A DNA stretch of 62,615 bases, the filler included, from Stramenopiles sp. TOSAG23-2 (Eukaryota): NCBI GenBank assembly GCA_900128395.1. It is 11 parts of 11 records of this genome, joined end to end, with 100 filler letters (N's around TTAATTAATTAA, not from the genome) between each part and the next. Parts side by side here need not be neighbours in the genome. Positions count along the whole stretch, not along the records: positions 14,623 to 21,827 come from LT650348.1; positions 21,928 to 29,115 come from LT650349.1; positions 29,216 to 36,399 come from LT650350.1; 8 more parts are not named here. One strand, 5' to 3'. Below the pieces are notes generated by a model, which saw only the letters and a list, made by a program, of their open reading frames with translations, searched no databases and was not told the DNA's origin. The translations under genes and the position numbers were made by a program. Shown one piece after another: positions 21,317-31,537 of this stretch (position 1 is its first letter; the number at the start of each line of letters is the position of its first letter).

Positions 21317-21827
21317 CTACAAGCTAACCGTTACCGTATCGCCTTTCGTTTTCGTATTCTTCACGTCTGGCGCGGTCGCCTTGCGTTTCGTCTTCCTTTT
21401 TTCTTCCTTCGTCGCGTTTGCTGCTTGGACTTTCCTATCTATCTCGTTGCCGCCGACCAGTCCCTCTTTTCTCTCTCTCTCTCTCTCTTGTTCCCGTAAC
21501 TTTTTCTTCTTTCTTTTGTCCGCCAATTTTTGAATCTTTATTTTAATCGTCCTCTTTTTTTTCTTCATCTTGCTTTTTATGTTTATCACTGTCCCCAACG
21601 ATGGCCCATCCTTCACCGCAACGCCACCCTTTCCCTTGACGTTGGTATCAGTAGTCGTAGTTTCAGCCTTATTTGGATTCTTCTTCTTCTTTCCACTAGC
21701 TGGTGGAAAAACCACGGTTTTCTTAGGTTTGGCCGAAAATAAATGATTTGCCAATGCACCTTCATTCAATGACAACCTTCGCGTATTCTTAACCGCAATG
21801 GATTTCGGGTTAACAACAGACGTGAAT
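21317..21827 (-). CDS. Lys-rich hypothetical protein, 5' truncated by the contig end
   Basis: The frame of ORF 21317-21775 stays open to the contig edge (…FTSVVNPKSIAVKNTRRLSLNEG…). Confidence 0.55.
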
Positions 21828-21927
21828 NNNNNNNNNNNNNNNNNNNNNNNNNNNNNNNNNNNNNNNNNNNNTTAATTAATTAANNNNNNNNNNNNNNNNN
21901 NNNNNNNNNNNNNNNNNNNNNNNNNNN
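21828..21927. other. Artificial contig linker
   Basis: N44-TTAATTAATTAA-N44. Confidence 0.99.
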
Positions 21928-22189
21928 GCTGGACAGCACCTACTACAGTATATTCTATCCTAATCGGCCTTACCTTAACCTGTGGCACTGTGGTAAAATA
22001 ATAATAGCTACTAATAATAATTAATAATAATCTTAATAATAAATCTTAGTTTATTAATTTAAATTATTAGATACATACTGTATATATTCCCATATACATA
22101 TATATATATATATATATTTGACACTACACATATATACAATACAAAATTATAAATACATGTAATATCTACAAACTACCATCATATAAGAC

Positions 22190-25100
22190 ATGGCAGAAGA
22201 AGAATATGTGCGTGTACGCTTTCGCGTTGCAGTGAATACGGAGTTAGGGGATACCGTACATATATTAGGAGATCAAGAATTAGGTTGTTGGGATAAAAAT
22301 AAATCCGTAGTATTAGTTACAACGCCAGCATCTTATCCAATATGGCAAACATCTAGACCACTACGTTTACAAAAAGGTGTTCGTTTACGATACCGATATG
22401 CCATTTACAATGCTGGTAAATTTCAAAACTGGGCAAATAATACGACTGAAAACAGTGGATATCATCATCTAACGCCTACACTTAGTTTCGATATCAACGA
22501 TCCTATTTTAAGTTTTAATAAAGACTATGATATGACAGTTCAAGATACTAATTTATTAGTTGCAACTATGGAACAAAATGATGGTAATAGCACTGCTGGT
22601 GATGCCGGTGGAAGCAACGATGATGCTTTGCAAAATACAATTACTCGAAATAGCCCTACTACTTTAATATCGGAATTTGTACGTGAAAATGATAAAGTAA
22701 ACAATATTGATGAAGAGGATGACGATTATGAAATTGGACTCAACGAGGATTTAACTTCGCGTGAACTGAGACGTCATAAAACTGGTTCTGTCAATACAAC
22801 TGCAAAACGTGTCTTTTTAGTTACATACAATTTACCCCTAGTGATACGATATACCGTTAAGGGGAAATGGGACGTAACGTGGGATTTGGATCAATTAAGT
22901 GCACGTAGTGAAAATAGTATTGCTGATAAAATGGATACATTATGGATTGGTGTTGTTACTGGTGTATTTGTTGAATCGACGAAGAAAAATTTACGTACGG
23001 ACGATTTAACAGATGAGCAACGAAAAACGTTGACGGAAAAATTAAAGTCAATGGATTGCTATGCTGTATTTGTTGGCAGCAAGGTTCATGAAGATTTTAA
23101 TGTTGGATTTTGCAAATCCGTCTTATGGCCGATGTTGCATAATGCACAAGCGCTTACGCATTTAAACGAACAAATGCGTGATTATAAAAAATATTGGCTT
23201 GGGTACCAACGTGTAAATGAATTAATTGCTGCTCGCGTTGCAAATTTATATAAAGAAGGGGATTTTATATGGATCAATGATTATCATTTATCATTACTAC
23301 CACGAGCGTTAAGAACACGATTGCGAGAAGAATCTGTTACTATTGTTATTTTTTTCCACGTTCCATTTCCAACATCAGAAGTATTTCGATCATTACCAAC
23401 AAGAACGGAGATGTTGCAAGGTATATTAGCTGCAAATGTTGTTGGGTTCCATACATTTTCACATGCAAGGCATTTTTTAACTGCATGTGCTAGATTTGTT
23501 GGAGTAGGATCGCAAAGTCAAATGGGTGACTTGTGCATCAATTACGAAGGCCGCAGTGTCATGGTATGTACCAATCATGTTGGCATTGAATCAGCAATGA
23601 TTATGCGAGAATCGAAATCGAAGCCCGTAGTCGCAAAGGCAAAAGAGTTACGAGCGAAGCACAATGGGCGAACATTATTTGCATCTTTTGAATATTTACA
23701 ACGTTTGAATGGGGTAGCATTAACATTATTAGCGTATGAAATCTTTTTACAAACGTATCCACGCCAACGTTCGAAAGTATGTCTTGTTATGCGATGTGCA
23801 GAAATTGATGAAAGAAAACACGATTCAGACAAGACGAAGGGGGAGTGCGAGGAATTAGTTGCTCGTATAAAGAAACAATTTGGTGAGGAAGTGATCGATT
23901 ACGAGTCATTTTCAACTGGTATCAATGGATGGCAATTTGACTTTACACGGAATGATCGTTTAGCATTGTGGGTAGCCAGTAAAGTACTAATCAAAACATC
24001 TGTACAAGAAGGTTTGAATATGACTCCGTTAGAATTTGTATTAGTCAAAGAACCACCTAATGAAGGTATTGTTGTTCTGAGTGAATTTACCACCGCATGT
24101 GCTGTTTTAAATGGTGCTATTCGAATTAATCCATGGGATATGAAAACGGTCGCAGATACATTATATCAAGCGTATCAAGCTGGCAATGTAGAATGTAGAA
24201 AGCGTCGTGCGAGAGATGTAGAATATATTTCAATGCTACCGTCGTCAGAATGGACAAATCGAATTTTACTTGATGCAGAAAGAACGAAAAGATCAACGGA
24301 TGCAACTGATATGGAGGAATTAAGGCCCGGTCAAAGGCGCGTTTTAAGGCGTGGTGTAATGAAATTAGATGCAGCGTCAGTCAAACGTAGCATAGCTTCT
24401 GCAAAAGATGAAGGAAGACCGTGTGTATATTTATTTGACTACGGGGGGACATTAATACAACGTGAAAATTCAAATAAGCAAAACAAACAACAGTTTTTCG
24501 GTGTGACACGAAGAGCGCCAAGTGAAATGACTAAAAGATGGTTGCGAGAATTATGTTCAAATCCTATGAATGCAGTTTTTGTTGTAAGTGGTGCATCAAC
24601 AAAAGTGTTAAATAAAAATTTTGGTGAGATAGCAAGATTAGGCTTAGCGGCTGAGAATGGCATGTATTTTTCTTGGGATTCTAGCAACGCTAGTAAAACA
24701 AGATTAGAAAGGAATTTTAATGAAGAACCTGATGATGATAATCAAGCAAATCAACCATTTGCTCCTCAAATGGTACGGCGTAATTTTTCAAAGCATGTGC
24801 GGAAGTATAAGGATTTGGATGTCACAATTGGAGGGAGGTTTGGTCGCCAATGGGCTGGATTAGCAAATACGAATGATTCCAATGATTGGTTAGAATGGAA
24901 AGCAACTGCAATTCCAATTCTACAAAATTATACAAGTAGATGTGCAGGGTCTAGATTACGCACCTCGGAAAATCATTTAAGTTGGGATTTCCGATTAGCG
25001 GATCCTGAATGGGCTAAAATCAATGCGAAACATTTAAAAACTGAATTGGAAGAAGCATTGGCAGAACATGATGTGACAATAGAAGTATGGAAAGGATCGG

Positions 25101-25426
25101 TCAATGTTATACCTAGTGGTATGACAAAAGGCTTAGTAGTTGAACATATTTTAGAGGAGGTTCAAAATATTTATGGACGCCGTGCTGGTATGATATTTTG
25201 TATCGGTGATGATCTTGCAGATGAATCAATGTTTGAAGTTTCATTAGAATATGAAAGCGAAAAATTAAAGCAACGAAACAGAAATGATACAAAACGTGTA
25301 TTTACATGTTGTGTTGGTAAGAAACCTAGTAGAGGTGAATATTATGTAAATAATGTCGATGATGTCCAAAATTTATTAAGAGATTTAGTCCAAGGAAGTG
25401 GTTTAGATTTGCAAGGATATTTTTAA
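22190..25426 (+). CDS. TPS: Trehalose-6-phosphate synthase/phosphatase-family protein with N-terminal CBM20
   Basis: CBM20-like start (TELGDTVHILG..ELGCWD...YPIW). GT20 motifs GFCKSVLWP, WINDYHL, FFHVPFPTSEVFR, LSEF, GAIRINPWD. HAD-type C-terminus LFDYGGTL, LAAENG, IGDDLADESMF. Confidence 0.93.
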   Translation: MAEEEYVRVRFRVAVNTELGDTVHILGDQELGCWDKNKSVVLVTTPASYPIWQTSRPLRLQKGVRLRYRYAIYNAGKFQNWANNTTENSGYHHLTPTLSFDINDPILSFNKDYDMTVQDTNLLVATMEQNDGNSTAGDAGGSNDDALQNTITRNSPTTLISEFVRENDKVNNIDEEDDDYEIGLNEDLTSRELRRHKTGSVNTTAKRVFLVTYNLPLVIRYTVKGKWDVTWDLDQLSARSENSIADKMDTLWIGVVTGVFVESTKKNLRTDDLTDEQRKTLTEKLKSMDCYAVFVGSKVHEDFNVGFCKSVLWPMLHNAQALTHLNEQMRDYKKYWLGYQRVNELIAARVANLYKEGDFIWINDYHLSLLPRALRTRLREESVTIVIFFHVPFPTSEVFRSLPTRTEMLQGILAANVVGFHTFSHARHFLTACARFVGVGSQSQMGDLCINYEGRSVMVCTNHVGIESAMIMRESKSKPVVAKAKELRAKHNGRTLFASFEYLQRLNGVALTLLAYEIFLQTYPRQRSKVCLVMRCAEIDERKHDSDKTKGECEELVARIKKQFGEEVIDYESFSTGINGWQFDFTRNDRLALWVASKVLIKTSVQEGLNMTPLEFVLVKEPPNEGIVVLSEFTTACAVLNGAIRINPWDMKTVADTLYQAYQAGNVECRKRRARDVEYISMLPSSEWTNRILLDAERTKRSTDATDMEELRPGQRRVLRRGVMKLDAASVKRSIASAKDEGRPCVYLFDYGGTLIQRENSNKQNKQQFFGVTRRAPSEMTKRWLRELCSNPMNAVFVVSGASTKVLNKNFGEIARLGLAAENGMYFSWDSSNASKTRLERNFNEEPDDDNQANQPFAPQMVRRNFSKHVRKYKDLDVTIGGRFGRQWAGLANTNDSNDWLEWKATAIPILQNYTSRCAGSRLRTSENHLSWDFRLADPEWAKINAKHLKTELEEALAEHDVTIEVWKGSVNVIPSGMTKGLVVEHILEEVQNIYGRRAGMIFCIGDDLADESMFEVSLEYESEKLKQRNRNDTKRVFTCCVGKKPSRGEYYVNNVDDVQNLLRDLVQGSGLDLQGYF

Positions 25427-25495
25427 AAAGAGAGGGAGCGATATTTTATTACGCGAGTATAAATTACATATTTCTCTTTATATATATATATAGCA

Positions 25496-25547
<52 letters not shown>

Positions 25548-25616
25548 TGCTATATATATATATAAAGAGAAATATGTAATTTATACTCGCGTAATAAAAT
25601 ATCGCTCCCTCTCTTT

Positions 25617-28600
25617 TTAAAAATATCCTTGCAAATCTAAACCACTTCCTTGGACTAAATCTCTTAATAAATTTTGGACATCATCGACATTATTTACATA
25701 ATATTCACCTCTACTAGGTTTCTTACCAACACAACATGTAAATACACGTTTTGTATCATTTCTGTTTCGTTGCTTTAATTTTTCGCTTTCATATTCTAAT
25801 GAAACTTCAAACATTGATTCATCTGCAAGATCATCACCGATACAAAATATCATACCAGCACGGCGTCCATAAATATTTTGAACCTCCTCTAAAATATGTT
25901 CAACTACTAAGCCTTTTGTCATACCACTAGGTATAACATTGACCGATCCTTTCCATACTTCTATTGTCACATCATGTTCTGCCAATGCTTCTTCCAATTC
26001 AGTTTTTAAATGTTTCGCATTGATTTTAGCCCATTCAGGATCCGCTAATCGGAAATCCCAACTTAAATGATTTTCCGAGGTGCGTAATCTAGACCCTGCA
26101 CATCTACTTGTATAATTTTGTAGAATTGGAATTGCAGTTGCTTTCCATTCTAACCAATCATTGGAATCATTCGTATTTGCTAATCCAGCCCATTGGCGAC
26201 CAAACCTCCCTCCAATTGTGACATCCAAATCCTTATACTTCCGCACATGCTTTGAAAAATTACGCCGTACCATTTGAGGAGCAAATGGTTGATTTGCTTG
26301 ATTATCATCATCAGGTTCTTCATTAAAATTCCTTTCTAATCTTGTTTTACTAGCGTTGCTAGAATCCCAAGAAAAATACATGCCATTCTCAGCCGCTAAG
26401 CCTAATCTTGCTATCTCACCAAAATTTTTATTTAACACTTTTGTTGATGCACCACTTACAACAAAAACTGCATTCATAGGATTTGAACATAATTCTCGCA
26501 ACCATCTTTTAGTCATTTCACTTGGCGCTCTTCGTGTCACACCGAAAAACTGTTGTTTGTTTTGCTTATTTGAATTTTCACGTTGTATTAATGTCCCCCC
26601 GTAGTCAAATAAATATACACACGGTCTTCCTTCATCTTTTGCAGAAGCTATGCTACGTTTGACTGACGCTGCATCTAATTTCATTACACCACGCCTTAAA
26701 ACGCGCCTTTGACCGGGCCTTAATTCCTCCATATCAGTTGCATCCGTTGATCTTTTCGTTCTTTCTGCATCAAGTAAAATTCGATTTGTCCATTCTGACG
26801 ACGGTAGCATTGAAATATATTCTACATCTCTCGCACGACGCTTTCTACATTCTACATTGCCAGCTTGATACGCTTGATATAATGTATCTGCGACCGTTTT
26901 CATATCCCATGGATTAATTCGAATAGCACCATTTAAAACAGCACATGCGGTGGTAAATTCACTCAGAACAACAATACCTTCATTAGGTGGTTCTTTGACT
27001 AATACAAATTCTAACGGAGTCATATTCAAACCTTCTTGTACAGATGTTTTGATTAGTACTTTACTGGCTACCCACAATGCTAAACGATCATTCCGTGTAA
27101 AGTCAAATTGCCATCCATTGATACCAGTTGAAAATGACTCGTAATCGATCACTTCCTCACCAAATTGTTTCTTTATACGAGCAACTAATTCCTCGCACTC
27201 CCCCTTCGTCTTGTCTGAATCGTGTTTTCTTTCATCAATTTCTGCACATCGCATAACAAGACATACTTTCGAACGTTGGCGTGGATACGTTTGTAAAAAG
27301 ATTTCATACGCTAATAATGTTAATGCTACCCCATTCAAACGTTGTAAATATTCAAAAGATGCAAATAATGTTCGCCCATTGTGCTTCGCTCGTAACTCTT
27401 TTGCCTTTGCGACTACGGGCTTCGATTTCGATTCTCGCATAATCATTGCTGATTCAATGCCAACATGATTGGTACATACCATGACACTGCGGCCTTCGTA
27501 ATTGATGCACAAGTCACCCATTTGACTTTGCGATCCTACTCCAACAAATCTAGCACATGCAGTTAAAAAATGCCTTGCATGTGAAAATGTATGGAACCCA
27601 ACAACATTTGCAGCTAATATACCTTGCAACATCTCCGTTCTTGTTGGTAATGATCGAAATACTTCTGATGTTGGAAATGGAACGTGGAAAAAAATAACAA
27701 TAGTAACAGATTCTTCTCGCAATCGTGTTCTTAACGCTCGTGGTAGTAATGATAAATGATAATCATTGATCCATATAAAATCCCCTTCTTTATATAAATT
27801 TGCAACGCGAGCAGCAATTAATTCATTTACACGTTGGTACCCAAGCCAATATTTTTTATAATCACGCATTTGTTCGTTTAAATGCGTAAGCGCTTGTGCA
27901 TTATGCAACATCGGCCATAAGACGGATTTGCAAAATCCAACATTAAAATCTTCATGAACCTTGCTGCCAACAAATACAGCATAGCAATCCATTGACTTTA
28001 ATTTTTCCGTCAACGTTTTTCGTTGCTCATCTGTTAAATCGTCCGTACGTAAATTTTTCTTCGTCGATTCAACAAATACACCAGTAACAACACCAATCCA
28101 TAATGTATCCATTTTATCAGCAATACTATTTTCACTACGTGCACTTAATTGATCCAAATCCCACGTTACGTCCCATTTCCCCTTAACGGTATATCGTATC
28201 ACTAGGGGTAAATTGTATGTAACTAAAAAGACACGTTTTGCAGTTGTATTGACAGAACCAGTTTTATGACGTCTCAGTTCACGCGAAGTTAAATCCTCGT
28301 TGAGTCCAATTTCATAATCGTCATCCTCTTCATCAATATTGTTTACTTTATCATTTTCACGTACAAATTCCGATATTAAAGTAGTAGGGCTATTTCGAGT
28401 AATTGTATTTTGCAAAGCATCATCGTTGCTTCCACCGGCATCACCAGCAGTGCTATTACCATCATTTTGTTCCATAGTTGCAACTAATAAATTAGTATCT
28501 TGAACTGTCATATCATAGTCTTTATTAAAACTTAAAATAGGATCGTTGATATCGAAACTAAGTGTAGGCGTTAGATGATGATATCCACTGTTTTCAGTCG

Positions 28601-28853
28601 TATTATTTGCCCAGTTTTGAAATTTACCAGCATTGTAAATGGCATATCGGTATCGTAAACGAACACCTTTTTGTAAACGTAGTGGTCTAGATGTTTGCCA
28701 TATTGGATAAGATGCTGGCGTTGTAACTAATACTACGGATTTATTTTTATCCCAACAACCTAATTCTTGATCTCCTAATATATGTACGGTATCCCCTAAC
28801 TCCGTATTCACTGCAACGCGAAAGCGTACACGCACATATTCTTCTTCTGCCAT
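25617..28853 (-). CDS. TPS: Identical inverted copy of the CBM20-TPS/TPP gene (probably artefactual)
   Basis: Translation identical to 22190-25426; it is the mirror arm of the palindrome. Confidence 0.6.
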   Translation of the reverse strand: MAEEEYVRVRFRVAVNTELGDTVHILGDQELGCWDKNKSVVLVTTPASYPIWQTSRPLRLQKGVRLRYRYAIYNAGKFQNWANNTTENSGYHHLTPTLSFDINDPILSFNKDYDMTVQDTNLLVATMEQNDGNSTAGDAGGSNDDALQNTITRNSPTTLISEFVRENDKVNNIDEEDDDYEIGLNEDLTSRELRRHKTGSVNTTAKRVFLVTYNLPLVIRYTVKGKWDVTWDLDQLSARSENSIADKMDTLWIGVVTGVFVESTKKNLRTDDLTDEQRKTLTEKLKSMDCYAVFVGSKVHEDFNVGFCKSVLWPMLHNAQALTHLNEQMRDYKKYWLGYQRVNELIAARVANLYKEGDFIWINDYHLSLLPRALRTRLREESVTIVIFFHVPFPTSEVFRSLPTRTEMLQGILAANVVGFHTFSHARHFLTACARFVGVGSQSQMGDLCINYEGRSVMVCTNHVGIESAMIMRESKSKPVVAKAKELRAKHNGRTLFASFEYLQRLNGVALTLLAYEIFLQTYPRQRSKVCLVMRCAEIDERKHDSDKTKGECEELVARIKKQFGEEVIDYESFSTGINGWQFDFTRNDRLALWVASKVLIKTSVQEGLNMTPLEFVLVKEPPNEGIVVLSEFTTACAVLNGAIRINPWDMKTVADTLYQAYQAGNVECRKRRARDVEYISMLPSSEWTNRILLDAERTKRSTDATDMEELRPGQRRVLRRGVMKLDAASVKRSIASAKDEGRPCVYLFDYGGTLIQRENSNKQNKQQFFGVTRRAPSEMTKRWLRELCSNPMNAVFVVSGASTKVLNKNFGEIARLGLAAENGMYFSWDSSNASKTRLERNFNEEPDDDNQANQPFAPQMVRRNFSKHVRKYKDLDVTIGGRFGRQWAGLANTNDSNDWLEWKATAIPILQNYTSRCAGSRLRTSENHLSWDFRLADPEWAKINAKHLKTELEEALAEHDVTIEVWKGSVNVIPSGMTKGLVVEHILEEVQNIYGRRAGMIFCIGDDLADESMFEVSLEYESEKLKQRNRNDTKRVFTCCVGKKPSRGEYYVNNVDDVQNLLRDLVQGSGLDLQGYF

Positions 28854-29115
28854 GTCTTATATGATGGTAGTTTGTAGATATTACATGTATTTATAATTTT
28901 GTATTGTATATATGTGTAGTGTCAAATATATATATATATATATATGTATATGGGAATATATACAGTATGTATCTAATAATTTAAATTAATAAACTAAGAT
29001 TTATTATTAAGATTATTATTAATTATTATTAGTAGCTATTATTATTTTACCACAGTGCCACAGGTTAAGGTAAGGCCGATTAGGATAGAATATACTGTAG
29101 TAGGTGCTGTCCAGC

Positions 29116-29215
29116 NNNNNNNNNNNNNNNNNNNNNNNNNNNNNNNNNNNNNNNNNNNNTTAATTAATTAANNNNNNNNNNNNNNNNNNNNNNNNNNNNN
29201 NNNNNNNNNNNNNNN
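29116..29215. other. Artificial contig linker
   Basis: N44-TTAATTAATTAA-N44. Confidence 0.99.
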
Positions 29216-30356
29216 AATTTTGTTTGGATGGGGCCAAGTACTATCGTCGTTTAACACAACTGTAAAGATTCCATGGCCACCGTATTTCAAAATGCTTTTA
29301 AATACCATTTATGGGCCATTTAATATCGATATTTTTGAATATTTTGGTGTTTTTCGATGCACAATCAATACAAACTATATTGCGGCTTTTCAATGGCACA
29401 TGCTTTTACCAATTGCCATGTTTAGTACGTATTTGCTGGCATTCTCATTAACATGGTTACATTATAAATGTTACAAAATATGTCCTAAGCAGAAGCACCG
29501 ACCTCTCTATAGTACACGCATTTTAATCACTAGGTTGAATAAAATGGTAACCTTTACTTGGCTACTGATGTATCCGGGAATAGGCCAACGGATTTTTAAA
29601 GTATATAAATTGACAAAGTATGGCAGCAAAGAGTACATGGATTCTGATTTATCAATTTCTAGTGATTCTGCCGAATATATCTATTTGAGAGGCTTGGCCT
29701 GGATGTTTACAGCATTTTATGTATTTGGGGTGCCATTGTATTATGGCATCAATTTATATTTAAATCGGCACATTATTCAAATGGATCCAAAAGATCAAGA
29801 CAAGCCTTTGGACGACGAAAATCGCAAGAATATTTTGAAAGTTCGAGAAACTTATGGCATTTTATATTCAGAATACGAAGCCAAATATTATTATTTTGAA
29901 GTTATCGAAATGGTAAGAAAGATCGTTCTTACTGGGGTTTTAATTCTTTTAAGTAATGGAAGCATGGTTCAAATATTCTGTGGTCTAATCATTTGCTGCC
30001 TGTATTGGATATTGATTACTGATTGGAAACCTTTAGAAAGCTCCCAAAATGATTTTCTACAACAACTTGTATCTGGTCAACTATTCTTGACACTTGGAAC
30101 AGGTATGTTATTAAAAGGTCATCTTTATGAAGTTGCCGCAGGGACAACAACTGGTATGGATAACCATGCTGTTGATATTATTTTAACAGTTGCAACTTCT
30201 TGCGTTTTCCTTATTCTCGTTTACATCATCATTGATGACTTAACTAGCTTATTTAAAAGTTGTAAATTTACAAAGACGACAGAAAAGTCGAAGGCAAAAG
30301 ATCTAGATACTAACTCCACTAAAATTGTACCTCATAAGTACCCCGACAACAGATAA
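29216..30356 (+). CDS. C-terminal multi-pass membrane domain of a large protist receptor-like protein, 5' truncated
   Basis: QVLSSF...IPWP, YVFGVP and YGILYSEYEAKYYYFEVIEMVRKIVLTG, plus 8-9 hydrophobic segments. This pattern is typical of the expanded TRP-like/GPCR-related membrane family of protists. Confidence 0.75.
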
Positions 30357-30926
30357 CATCCTCTAGTCACAGCCACTCAAAAGGTGGCAGTGAGGCGTTC
30401 AGTGTTGATAATAGAATGCAACCAGTTGGAAAAAAGAGTAAATATTGGCTGTTTTGAATCGGTTGTTTGAGAGGATTAGAGAGGATTAGAACACGTCATT
30501 GGTATACGAACGAAAAAAGCTTGAAAATATATTTGCGTGTTTGGGCGGTCATCCACTAGAAAACAAGGGTGTTCGTAAGAATAATTCTATATTTGTACAT
30601 AGTCGCCAAATACGTATGGACATTTTTTAATTGCAATGTCAACCAATATGGGAACCAACTTGGTATTGGCACCATCGTGAAAAGAAATGCTGATAAAAAC
30701 ATTTGGTATACGATATTTTCATTGAAAATTAAACGCAATAAAATCAACGTATTTTTTATTTTATTTTTTAGATTGCACGTTTTGATACAATATATAAACT
30801 GTCTCTCTCTTCTCTTCTCCAAAACCTTATGCACAATCCGTGAAATTGTTGATTGAACCACCTGTCGAATCCATTGACATGTTCGTGGTTGTTGTGGTAG
30901 TTGTGGTATCTTTTCCAGAAACTAGA

Positions 30927-30949
30927 CTAACCCTAACCCTAACCCTAAC
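30927..30949. repeat. Interstitial telomere-type repeat (CCCTAA)n
   Basis: CTAACCCTAACCCTAACCCTAAC, the reverse complement of about 4 TTAGGG units. Confidence 0.75.
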
Positions 30950-30951
30950 TA

Positions 30952-31236
30952 TATCAAATGACAAATGGCACACAATGACACATAATTGAATATGAATACT
31001 TGACAGGTGAAAATTAGACTACCACCAACTATATTTTTCATATTTCTACCTATCAAATGACAAATGGCACACAATGACACATAATTGAATATTAATACGT
31101 GAAAGGTGACAATTAGACTACCACCAACTATATTTTTCATATTTCTACCTATCAAATGACAAATTAAAATGGCACACAATGACACATAATTGAATATGAA
31201 TACGTGAAAGGTGAAAATAAGACTACCTCCAACTAC
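30952..31236. repeat. Diverged minisatellite, about 99-bp unit, about 2.9 copies
   Basis: tatcaaatgacaaat...ggcacacaatgacacataattgaatat...agactaccaccaact starts at 30952, 31051 and 31150, with substitutions and a small insertion. Confidence 0.9.
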
Positions 31237-31537
31237 ACACACAATATGATATCAAATTTATTAAGATCGATGGATTGTGTGTTGAATAATAAATGGATAC
31301 AAATTGATTGATTGATACAAAAAAACAATGACCTATCGATAGACGTGGATAGAGATAGATCTTTTTTGCATAGTTTCTTTTACATATATATATATATATA
31401 TATATATTTATAGAACGATTAATATATATATACAGAGTATTATATACATACATATATTTTTTAAATAAAGGAAAAAGCACGAGAAACAAATTATATATAT
31501 TATAATATATAATAATAATAACAAAAAATCATCAAAA

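Larger units (their letters stand above)
14623..21827. mobile_element. Probable large dsDNA virus fragment (Nucleocytoviricota- or Mirusviricota-like; free or endogenised)
   Basis: Densely packed short intronless ORFs on both strands with tiny gaps. No recognisable host genes, few of the AT microsatellites and poly-Asn tracts seen on the other contigs, and a PolB-N-terminal-like ORF. No capsid or other hallmark gene is present. Confidence 0.6.
21928..29115. repeat. Whole-contig perfect palindrome centred on a (TA)n run near 25521
   Basis: The contig begins gctggacagcacc and ends ggtgctgtccagc. The two 1078-aa ORFs are identical, and the centre is self-complementary (TA)n. Confidence 0.97.

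Noticed and set aside
25617..28853. Genuine second TPS paralog
   Set aside because: It appears identical to the first copy, including flanks, and mirrors to the exact contig end, so an artefact is the better explanation.
30949..31242. 97-aa repetitive hydrophobic ORF
   Set aside because: It is a translation of the 99-bp minisatellite with a non-ATG start and no independent coding evidence.
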